Source of the DNA: Candidatus Nomurabacteria bacterium
GTDB lineage: Bacteria; Patescibacteriota; Minisyncoccia; Phycocordibacterales; UBA9973
Length of the DNA stretch: 50,290 nt
Reading direction: 5' to 3'
Assembly (NCBI GenBank): GCA_023267375.1
Contig: JAHFNJ010000007.1
Location: forward strand, 1 to 50,290
Shown: in pieces, positions 15,869 through 24,052 of the stretch
How the letters are laid out: every line of letters begins with the position of its first letter
Position numbering within the stretch: the first letter of the stretch is position 1
Notes under the pieces: generated by a model
What the model was told of the DNA's origin: nothing
The model's input: the letters and a program-made list of their open reading frames with translations, nothing else
Database searches by the model: none
Made by a program: the position numbers and the translations under genes

Positions 15869-18265
15869 ATGGCCAAGGAAAAACTCTCAAAAAACAAGCG
15901 TTTAGTGCTCTTAGACTCCCATGCAATTATCCACCGGGCCTATCACGCCTTGCCGGAATTTGCCTCATCAAAAGGAGAGCCGACAGGAGCCCTCTATGGC
16001 CTTTCGACTATGCTCATGAAGATCATTGCTGATTTAAAGCCAGACTACATTGTGGCCTGTTATGATCTGCCTCAGAAGACCTTCCGCCATGAGGTATACG
16101 ATAAGTACAAGGCGGGGCGAGTAAAAACTGACGATGCACTGGTCGCTCAGCTTATAAGCTCCCGTAAGATTTTTGAAGCATTCAATATTCCGGTGTATGA
16201 CAAGCCTGGGTTTGAAGCCGATGATATTTTGGGAACGATCGTTGAAGAACTGAAGAAAGATAAAGCGACCGACATCGTGATTGCTTCTGGTGACATGGAT
16301 ACGCTCCAGCTCGTGGATGATAAAAAAGTGCAGGTGTTTACGCTCAAGAAGGGGATTAACGATACTATATTGTATGACGAAGATTCTGTTGTTGCGCGCT
16401 TCGGGTTTAAACCTGAATTTTTGCCTGACTACAAAGGGCTTCGCGGTGATCCGTCAGACAACATTATCGGTATCAAAGGTATTGGTGAAAAAACTGCAAC
16501 GACGTTGATTGTCGAATTTGGAACGATTGAAAAAATGTATAAGGCGCTTAAGAAAGATAAGGCACAGTTCAAAAAATTGGGCATTACCGATCGTGTCGTC
16601 ACACTCTTAGAAGAAGGGGAGGAAGAAGCTCTTTTTTCAAAGACACTAGCAACGATTCGCCATGACGCGCCGATTGATTTTGCGTTACCAAAGCAAGAAT
16701 TTCGGGAAGCTATTGAAATTCCTAAAATCGAAGCGCTCTTCAATGAACTTGAATTTCGCAGTCTCCGTGAACGTGCACGAGTGCTGTTTCAGTCGAATTC
16801 TGTTGGTGAGAAATCTCATGAAGTTGTAGAAGAGAAAAAAGAAGAAATTCCCGAGGCTGAAGTCCGGAAGCTTGGAATCGCGCTCTCGCTGTTAAATTCT
16901 GAACTAGCAAATCCTAATGAAGACGATATTTTAAACTATGGCGGCGCAAAAAATTTTGATGACGCTAAGAAAAAAATCTTAGCAGCTATAAAAGAAAAGA
17001 ATTTGACCTATGTGTATGAAGATATTGAGCTTGCTATCTTGCCAGCGGTGATTGCCATGGAGCAGTATGGGGTAAAAGTAGATATTGCCTATCTCAAAAA
17101 GCTTTCTAGTGAATATCATAAAGAACTCACCATCCTCGAAAAGAGCATTTGGCGCCAGGCAGGACGGGAATTTAATATCAACTCACCAAAACAGCTCGGG
17201 GAAATTCTCTTCGATGAAATGAAGCTTGTTCCTGATGGAACTGCGCGCATGAAAAAGACGGCGGGTGGGGCACGCTCAACCCGCGAGAGTGAACTGGAAA
17301 AGCTGCGCGGAGTAAATCCGATTATCGATGAGATTTTCAAATATCGCGAGCTCCAGAAACTTCTCTCTACCTATATCGATACGCTCCCGTTGCTTGCGGA
17401 TAGTAGCTCACGCATTCACAGTAAGTTTAACCAAGTTGGAGCAGCGACGGGACGATTTTCCTCAAACGAGCCAAATCTGCAAAATATTCCAATAAAGACA
17501 GAGCTCGGGAAGAATATCCGTAATGCCTTTGTTGCCGAAAAAGGCTACAAACTTATCTCTTTTGACTATTCGCAGATTGAGCTCCGTATTGCGGCCTTGA
17601 TGTCAGGTGATGAGTACCTCATTAAAGTATTCGAAGAAGGGAAGGATGTTCATGCAGCGGTAGCATCGCGAGTGTTCGGCGTATCAGAAGATCAGGTGAC
17701 GCCTGAAATGCGTCGTCGTGCGAAAGTCATTAATTTTGGTATTCTCTATGGGATGGGAGTGACCGCACTCCAGCAGAACCTCGGGACAAACCGTAAAGAG
17801 GCACAGGAATTTTATGATAACTACTTTCTACAGTTTCCGACTATCTCTGGCTATTTGGATGGAGTTATTGCGGATGCGAAAAAGCTTGGCTACACCGAAA
17901 CTCTTTTTGGCCGGCGTCGCTATTTCCCGGGACTTCGTTCTTCTATGCCCTTTGTTCGTGCGATGGCTGAGCGGATGGCGATCAATGCACCGCTCCAAGG
18001 TACTGCTGCAGATTGCATCAAGATTGCTATCCGCGATGCAGACATTGCGCTTCGCAATGAGCGATTGATTGACCATGCGCACCTTATCCTCCAGGTGCAC
18101 GATGAACTTGTCTATGAAGTCGAAGCATCGATGGTGGAAAAAGTGTCGGTGCTTGTTGAAAATGTCATGAAAAATGTGCTGCCGCGCGCTTTTCTCAAAA
18201 ATAAGAAACCTGTACCGCTTGAGGTGCATGTATCGGTGGGGAATAACTGGGGTGAGCTCAAATAA
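15869..18265 (+). CDS. polA: DNA polymerase I (5'-3' exonuclease plus polymerase; 3'-5' exonuclease region largely absent)
   Basis: LLDSHAIIHRAYHA, GFEADD, GDPSDNI.GIKGIGEKTA; polymerase motifs DYSQIELR, RRRAKVINFGILYGM, LQVHDEL. Confidence 0.97.
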   Translation: MAKEKLSKNKRLVLLDSHAIIHRAYHALPEFASSKGEPTGALYGLSTMLMKIIADLKPDYIVACYDLPQKTFRHEVYDKYKAGRVKTDDALVAQLISSRKIFEAFNIPVYDKPGFEADDILGTIVEELKKDKATDIVIASGDMDTLQLVDDKKVQVFTLKKGINDTILYDEDSVVARFGFKPEFLPDYKGLRGDPSDNIIGIKGIGEKTATTLIVEFGTIEKMYKALKKDKAQFKKLGITDRVVTLLEEGEEEALFSKTLATIRHDAPIDFALPKQEFREAIEIPKIEALFNELEFRSLRERARVLFQSNSVGEKSHEVVEEKKEEIPEAEVRKLGIALSLLNSELANPNEDDILNYGGAKNFDDAKKKILAAIKEKNLTYVYEDIELAILPAVIAMEQYGVKVDIAYLKKLSSEYHKELTILEKSIWRQAGREFNINSPKQLGEILFDEMKLVPDGTARMKKTAGGARSTRESELEKLRGVNPIIDEIFKYRELQKLLSTYIDTLPLLADSSSRIHSKFNQVGAATGRFSSNEPNLQNIPIKTELGKNIRNAFVAEKGYKLISFDYSQIELRIAALMSGDEYLIKVFEEGKDVHAAVASRVFGVSEDQVTPEMRRRAKVINFGILYGMGVTALQQNLGTNRKEAQEFYDNYFLQFPTISGYLDGVIADAKKLGYTETLFGRRRYFPGLRSSMPFVRAMAERMAINAPLQGTAADCIKIAIRDADIALRNERLIDHAHLILQVHDELVYEVEASMVEKVSVLVENVMKNVLPRAFLKNKKPVPLEVHVSVGNNWGELK

Positions 18266-18276
18266 CACTCACTCAC

Positions 18277-18386
18277 CTCAGCGAAAAGACACGCATATCT
18301 ACCTGTTGGTAGATTGCTATGCTCGGCTCGCCAGCCTGCGCAATGTCTTTTCGCCGAGATAGGCTCGCTCTTGTGGTGCCGAGCCT
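18277..18386. other. Multi-hairpin intergenic element after polA
   Basis: 15-bp stem 18277-18291/18344-18358 (1 mismatch) enclosing an ATCTACC-tgtt-GGTAGAT hairpin, followed by an AGGCTCG...CGAGCCT hairpin. Confidence 0.55.
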
Positions 18387-18471
18387 GCTAAATTATTAGG
18401 CAATAGTTCACTTCTTATCGCTACAAATAACCCTAGCTTTTTCCTAAATGGAAGCATAGAATAAAGAAGCA

Positions 18472-18960
18472 ATGGAAACGAAACCTAAAGAAAAATATAC
18501 CGGCGGACTGACAGTACACCATGTGCTATTTTACTCCTACAGTGTCTATTTTATCGCGATATTGGGCGGATTTCTTTTAAATTTTTTCTATCCGCTCCCT
18601 CTGTTTGACCACCCCCTCGTTCCCGCATTTGGCTTCACGTTATTAGTGCTTGGCACGATCCTGATTTATTGGGCACAAGCAACCTCGCGCAAAACAAAAG
18701 AACACCGACAGTCACCAGAGAAACTTTCAAAAGATATTTTTAAAAAAGGACCGTATACATTTACCAGCAGCCCAACACACCTAGGACTTACACTTATGTC
18801 GCTTGGATTTGCATGTACGATGAATTCAGCAATGCTCACCATAACAGCACTTCTCGCATTTCTTTTGACACGATATGTGTTTGTGAAGAAGGAAGAAAAA
18901 ATGCTCGCCGAAAAATACGGGGAACACTACCAAGAGTATCGTAAGAAAATAAAAATATAG
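18472..18960 (+). CDS. Isoprenylcysteine carboxyl methyltransferase/PEMT-like membrane protein
   Basis: About 4 TM segments, KGPY...PTHLG and EEKML.EKYGE.Y.EY motifs. Confidence 0.75.
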   Translation: METKPKEKYTGGLTVHHVLFYSYSVYFIAILGGFLLNFFYPLPLFDHPLVPAFGFTLLVLGTILIYWAQATSRKTKEHRQSPEKLSKDIFKKGPYTFTSSPTHLGLTLMSLGFACTMNSAMLTITALLAFLLTRYVFVKKEEKMLAEKYGEHYQEYRKKIKI

Positions 18961-18961
18961 T

Positions 18962-19687
18962 ATGGTTATTTTTTTCTACGGAAACGACACAATTGCAAAA
19001 CGACGCGCTAAAGATGTGTTTGTTGCCGACGCGCTAAAAAAAAATAAAGGAGCAGTACACCTCCAGATTTCTGATGCAGAATTTTCACGCGAGATGATTG
19101 AACCACTGGTTTCTGAAAATAGTTTATTTGGCGAAAAAAGTATTATTGAACTCTACAATATTTTTGATACAGAAGAAAATGAACAGTTTGTCCTCGGTAT
19201 GCTTCCTGCACTTGTAGCTTCGAATAACTTGTTTGTTTTTGTAGAGAATACTTTTACAAAAGATATTCTTTCTAAAATTGATAAGAGTGACGCGAAGACT
19301 GAACGATTTGATACTAAAGCAGTTTTTAAAAAAGAGTGGAATGCATTTGCACTCACTGACGCATTTGCACTCCGCGATAAAAAAAATACCTGGATACTTT
19401 TTACGCAGGCAATTGAGCGAGGGTCATCGGCCGAAGAAATTATTGGTACGCTCTTCTGGCAGGTCAAAACATTGTTGTTGATCAAGGGATCGAAAAATCC
19501 AACAGCTGAAAATTTAGGGATCAATCCATTTGTATTTAAAAAAGCATTATCGGCCAGTGCACGATTTTCTGAAAAAGAAATAGCTACTTTCAATTCACGA
19601 CTTGTTAGCATTTACCACGATAGCCATCGAGGACTTGTGGATGGAGAGGTGGCGCTCGAACAATTCTTGCTCGAATCACTTGCGTAA
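18962..19687 (+). CDS. holA: DNA polymerase III delta subunit-like protein (shortened)
   Basis: IFFYGND, SLFGEK, NAFALTDAF, INPFVFKKA, ALEQFLL; 241 aa. Confidence 0.75.
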   Translation: MVIFFYGNDTIAKRRAKDVFVADALKKNKGAVHLQISDAEFSREMIEPLVSENSLFGEKSIIELYNIFDTEENEQFVLGMLPALVASNNLFVFVENTFTKDILSKIDKSDAKTERFDTKAVFKKEWNAFALTDAFALRDKKNTWILFTQAIERGSSAEEIIGTLFWQVKTLLLIKGSKNPTAENLGINPFVFKKALSASARFSEKEIATFNSRLVSIYHDSHRGLVDGEVALEQFLLESLA

Positions 19688-19952
19688 AAAGCGCCTATAT
19701 AAAAAGTAAACCCCGTACGTGGGGCGTACAGGGTTTAATATATGATTGTTGCGACTAATGAAAAATTTGTCGCAGTACTAAGGAACTAGGGAAGGTGCAA
19801 ATTGGTTGAGGAAAACACATTTACTAATGTGAGAAAACTTGAGCCAATATTCTGGCAAAAAATTTAAATGTGAATTCCGTACCTGATTCCCAATAAGTAT
19901 ACTCTTTCTATAATAGAAAAAATAGGTGATCTAGCTGTGAATAACTTACTTT

Positions 19953-20498
19953 TTAGTTTTTTTCTAAAGAAGCCTTGTTTTGTAAAGCTTTTCTGGTAAA
20001 AAGCGCTGTAATGATTGCAGCAAATCCCGTAAATGCCATCAGGGGAATTGTAATGTAGCCGAATTCGAAGATGTATCGCCGTGCACAGGAAACTGTTGTT
20101 CCACATGGAATAATCTCTGAACCGCCCAACTCAATATAGTAGTGATATACAGAAAGGATAATACCGATGATCGAAAAAATGAGCGCATAGCGTAAGATCT
20201 TTTCTTTTTTCTTATACAGAGCAACTCCGAAAAACAATAGTTGTGGGTACATAAAAACGCGTTGCCACCAACACAGTGTGCATGGAGCGTAGCCAACGAT
20301 ATTTGAATAGAAAAGCGAAAGGAGAATTGATGCAAGTGAAACGAGCAGTCCAATATAAAGAGCGTACGCTGATACAATGTGAAGCCACTTACTTTCTTTT
20401 TTAAAAAAGAAAAAATAAAGCGTGATGAGGATCCCTACTTGAAGCAATACTATTCCTAAAGCCAGGAGATGGTTTATTGTGGGGAGGATTGCTTGCAT
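19953..20498 (-). CDS. Disulfide bond formation protein B (DsbB/BdbC family)
   Basis: SLFYS..VGYAPCTLCWWQRVFMYP, second Cys pair (PCG...SC), GYITIP.MA. Confidence 0.88.
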   Translation of the reverse strand: MQAILPTINHLLALGIVLLQVGILITLYFFFFKKESKWLHIVSAYALYIGLLVSLASILLSLFYSNIVGYAPCTLCWWQRVFMYPQLLFFGVALYKKKEKILRYALIFSIIGIILSVYHYYIELGGSEIIPCGTTVSCARRYIFEFGYITIPLMAFTGFAAIITALFTRKALQNKASLEKN

Positions 20499-20510
20499 GA
20501 AAAGTTTAGT

Positions 20511-20903
20511 TTATGAAGGTAGTTCGCACCCCGTTTTCTCGGCTAATGTTTTCAGTGAGACACCGCTCGATGTTTCAACGGGAAGGCGAGTGCCGTCTGC
20601 AAGTTCCCATGTCGGGTATGATTTGATTTCTTTATCTTTGCAGATTTGTAGTTGGTCACTTCCATCAGGAGTTGAACATTCTATATATGGTAAAAATTCT
20701 ACTGATGCGCCAAACATTCTTTTTTGTGCTTGGCAGTGTGGACACCAGAACGCACCATAAAACTTTGCACCTGATTTTTCTAGGCATTGTGCGAATGCAT
20801 CATACTTGTGAGAACTTGCGATTCCTTTTTGGATAGCGCGCATACCGATGACGACCGCAAGAACAATGATGATGAAGATGATTATATTTTTTTTATTTGT
20901 CAT
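20511..20903 (-). CDS. Membrane-anchored thioredoxin-like protein (resembles the Trx domain of VKOR-Trx fusions)
   Basis: N-terminal TM, FYGAFWCPHC..QK.MFG, YIEC, C....IKSYPTW. Confidence 0.8.
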   Translation of the reverse strand: MTNKKNIIIFIIIVLAVVIGMRAIQKGIASSHKYDAFAQCLEKSGAKFYGAFWCPHCQAQKRMFGASVEFLPYIECSTPDGSDQLQICKDKEIKSYPTWELADGTRLPVETSSGVSLKTLAEKTGCELPS

Positions 20904-20907
20904 AAAA

Positions 20908-21216
20908 TTATTTTTTATTTTTTAATGATAACTGATGCAGAATACGGCACGGTTCGACGATGCGTGGATCGATTATATTGTAGTAACCGTTTAATCCTTT
21001 GCGATGAACGGTGACTAGTTTTGCATGGCGAAGCAATGCCAAATGTTGTGACACATTTGCCTTGGCGACTCCCAGCGTTTTAATAAGTTGTTCTACAGAC
21101 ATTTCTTGTTCGCGGAGCAGGTTCAAAATTTCCAATCGCTTTGGATTTGCGAGGATTTTATAGGTTTCAGCATTCTTTTGGTATGCAGTTCGTGGGAGGG
21201 GTTGTTTGATCTCCAT
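20908..21216 (-). CDS. ArsR/SmtB family transcriptional regulator
   Basis: KILANPKRLEILNLL...SVEQL...ANVSQHLALLR winged HTH; ATG at 21216. Confidence 0.9.
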   Translation of the reverse strand: MEIKQPLPRTAYQKNAETYKILANPKRLEILNLLREQEMSVEQLIKTLGVAKANVSQHLALLRHAKLVTVHRKGLNGYYNIIDPRIVEPCRILHQLSLKNKK

Positions 21217-21254
21217 AGTTTCTAAAGTATGCAACAATTAGACCCAAAAAGCAA

Positions 21255-23105
21255 TTACGCTTCTTTTTTCACAAAGCGGAATATAAGTGCGATAACCAGC
21301 ACCAGAACTGTTCCAATGAGTATATTATTTTTTATGGTAGTACCACTCGTTGCCACATTTGCGAGTAGTATATTTTGTTGTGTTGTTTCAGTTGGTGTAT
21401 TAATTGTCGGTGGCTCTATTGGTGAAGGTGCTATCGTTTGTGTCGTGATTATTTTTATTTTTTCAGCAGTCACGATCGGTGTAGATTCTTTAAGTTCTTG
21501 TCTTGGTACTGGCGTAAAAATTTCACCCCATGTCTTACCGGTGATTGCTGGAATCGCATAGCTTGTTGCCCAGATTCTATTTTGGACTGACTCTGTTTCT
21601 TTGAGTACTCCGCCATCTTTTGATTGATTCATTCCTAAATAGGCAACTCCATCTTTGCCGTTTTTCTCCCAGGCTGCTTTTTGTGCCTTTTCAGCCTGAA
21701 GTACCCAGCTTGTTGTATACACTGAATTCCATCCGCCGTCAGGTTGCTGTGCGCTTTGTAAAAATGTTTCAGCTGCTGACAGTGCGTCTTTGGCAGTTGG
21801 TACTTTTGAGAGTACCTGGATCGCAGCAGCGGTGAGGTCGATACTTCCTTCCCACGATCCGTCATCACGCTGTTTTGAAATAATAAACTGCAGATCCTTT
21901 ACAACAATATCATCGTGCAGTGTGTATCCGGCGCTCAACAGCGGAATGAGTGCGAAAATATCATCGTTCACGAGCGATGCATCGCCAAATTGTGTGCCGT
22001 CGAATGATTGTGTGATCGGTGTAATATAGTCTGTGCCATGAAAGGCGTACGGATTTTGTGAAAGGGCGAGGAGTGCCATGGTGTGGCGTTCGTTTTCGGT
22101 GAGCATTCCGTCAATAGAATTATGTGATTCCATGTAGCCAAGAATTTTGAGGCGCACGTCATCTGGCATCTTTTGAGTGGCAAGTGCAATGCTTGCCCAG
22201 TCGGTATATAAACTATTGTCACCAAATGAGCCGTCGGAATCCTGCGTGCTCAGAAGGTAGGTGACTGCGCTTTCAAGATCAAATATGTGTTGTACTGGTG
22301 CTGAGCCGCCGCTTGATTTACCCTCTTTTTCTACAACTTCCGGAATGGTTACGAGGACTTCGTAAGCGGGGAAATAGTAATCTTCGGCGATGCCAATAGT
22401 GAATGTTCCTGGTGTTGGCAGAAGGAGTGAAGCAGTTCCTGTACTATCAACTGCCTGAGACATCACGACTGTGGGGTTGTATAGATCATCGGGGTTGGGG
22501 ACGGTCGCGCCAATTGTTACTCCTTCTAGTGGACCCCAGCTATTATCGAGGTAGTTGTATGTCTCGGCCGTCGCGAGCAATGGTTCGCCTTGTACGAGAG
22601 CGGTGGAACTCAAAACTACCTGGTGCGGCGATCCGAAATAGATGCCAATAGTTTCTCCACCGGCCAGCGTTGTTGCGTCCATCCCGACTGAAGGAGTTGT
22701 GCCATCAATGACATACTGCCAATTATCGCAGAGTTCGCCACTTGTCTGCCCCTTGATGCATTTCAGATAGAGTGAATCGAAAGAGCTGTAGTATTCAATA
22801 TCAGAGAGCGAGAATGCATCGCTCGTTTGATCAAGTGCATACAAAAAACCAAGCACAGTATTGTTTGGAATTGTGTGTGTTGCTCCAGTGCTGTCGACAA
22901 CATCAATAGAGCCCGCTGTCGGAAATGAAACTGCTCCATCGAAGAGAATGGTGTCGCCGCTCCGAATAAGCAGGTTTTCTGTGGGTGACGGTAAAACAGG
23001 GTCGGGGAGTGGCGCGTCCTCTGCGTGTACATAAGCGGAAGGAGCGAGCCATATAAGAATAATCACACAGCAAACGAATATAACTTTTTTCACTGTAGGT
23101 TCCAT
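21255..23105 (-). CDS. Surface protein with a DUF4430-like domain, prenyltransferase/squalene-oxidase-like repeats and a C-terminal TM
   Basis: WQYVIDGTTPSVG (DUF4430-like); QDSDGSFG, QRDDGSWEG, QQPDGGW repeats; N-terminal signal and C-terminal anchor. Confidence 0.75.
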   Translation of the reverse strand: MEPTVKKVIFVCCVIILIWLAPSAYVHAEDAPLPDPVLPSPTENLLIRSGDTILFDGAVSFPTAGSIDVVDSTGATHTIPNNTVLGFLYALDQTSDAFSLSDIEYYSSFDSLYLKCIKGQTSGELCDNWQYVIDGTTPSVGMDATTLAGGETIGIYFGSPHQVVLSSTALVQGEPLLATAETYNYLDNSWGPLEGVTIGATVPNPDDLYNPTVVMSQAVDSTGTASLLLPTPGTFTIGIAEDYYFPAYEVLVTIPEVVEKEGKSSGGSAPVQHIFDLESAVTYLLSTQDSDGSFGDNSLYTDWASIALATQKMPDDVRLKILGYMESHNSIDGMLTENERHTMALLALSQNPYAFHGTDYITPITQSFDGTQFGDASLVNDDIFALIPLLSAGYTLHDDIVVKDLQFIISKQRDDGSWEGSIDLTAAAIQVLSKVPTAKDALSAAETFLQSAQQPDGGWNSVYTTSWVLQAEKAQKAAWEKNGKDGVAYLGMNQSKDGGVLKETESVQNRIWATSYAIPAITGKTWGEIFTPVPRQELKESTPIVTAEKIKIITTQTIAPSPIEPPTINTPTETTQQNILLANVATSGTTIKNNILIGTVLVLVIALIFRFVKKEA

Positions 23106-23485
23106 ACGATTTCATCCCCCTGGTGTGGGACATATGAAGAGACGCCGACGGACGCTTCTTTACCATTAATAAAATACATAAGGTGCAAGCCATCATGTTC
23201 ATGGAGTGATCCGATATCAGTTACAAAAAATCCGATTCCTGGGTATGTTTTTCCTGAGAAAGAAATGCGACCTGATTGTTGTGCATGGATTAATATTTCA
23301 TAGAATGTGTCTCCGCTTGAGAAAGGAAGTGATACTGATACTCCTCCTATTACTACCGGAAGATATTCGGTTGCTGAGTAGGTTCTGTCCGGCTGCTTTT
23401 GCGTGGATTCTTTGCCGTAGTGAATACTAAAAATAATACCGACGATACAGACACAAATAAGTAATACGATGTTTCTTTTATTCAT
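23090..23485 (-). CDS. Membrane-anchored DUF4430 (transcobalamin C-terminal-like) protein
   Basis: GIGFFVTDIG....MYFINGKEASVGVSSY..HQGDEIVW. The ATG at 23485 overlaps the pduO stop. Confidence 0.8.
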   Translation of the reverse strand: MNKRNIVLLICVCIVGIIFSIHYGKESTQKQPDRTYSATEYLPVVIGGVSVSLPFSSGDTFYEILIHAQQSGRISFSGKTYPGIGFFVTDIGSLHEHDGLHLMYFINGKEASVGVSSYVPHQGDEIVWNLQ

Positions 23486-24047
23486 ACTGTGGTGCATGTT
23501 CACTAAAACCTTCTTGATAGTTTGCAAAGCGTGCCATCGCGTAGAGGACACTCGATAGTCTGTTCATGAATCGGAGTGTTGTTTCTCCTATCTGGTGGGG
23601 CTCTTTTTCAAGGCAGACAATAATCATGCGCTCGGCGCGCCTGGCAATACTGCGACAAATATCAAGGTAAGCACCTGTTTCGCCTCCGCCGTAGACAGTG
23701 AATGAATGTATGGGCGGAAGCAGTGTCTCAATTTCCGCGGTGACCAATTCTGCAAATAGCACTGCCTCATCGGTAATTTTTTTATCGGCTCCACCAAGTT
23801 CTGCTTGGATGGTGAAAAGGATATTCTGTAATTGATTGATAATTGTTTCGTAGGATGTTTTCACCCCCTTGATTCCCACGGTGTCTCCCGATTTTGTAGC
23901 CAATACTTTTGCATAACCTAACGATGCATTCAATTCATCGAGCGTGCCGAGCGCTTCAAAAACGGGTGCACTTTTTAAATGACGCACTCCTTGCGTGGAG
24001 TTAAAGAGCTTCGTTGTTCCGTTGTCTCCTTTTCTGGTGTAGAGCAT
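23478..24047 (-). CDS. pduO: ATP:cob(I)alamin adenosyltransferase, PduO type
   Basis: LYTRKGDNGTT, GTLDELNA.LG, RSIARRAER, NRLSS.LY..AR. Confidence 0.92.
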   Translation of the reverse strand: MLYTRKGDNGTTKLFNSTQGVRHLKSAPVFEALGTLDELNASLGYAKVLATKSGDTVGIKGVKTSYETIINQLQNILFTIQAELGGADKKITDEAVLFAELVTAEIETLLPPIHSFTVYGGGETGAYLDICRSIARRAERMIIVCLEKEPHQIGETTLRFMNRLSSVLYAMARFANYQEGFSEHAPQYE

Positions 24048-24052
24048 AGTAT

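Noticed and set aside
19688-19952. Small genes or ncRNA in the holA-dsbB gap
   Set aside because: Only a short hairpin (19708-19736) and AT-rich sequence; no supported ORF or extended structure.
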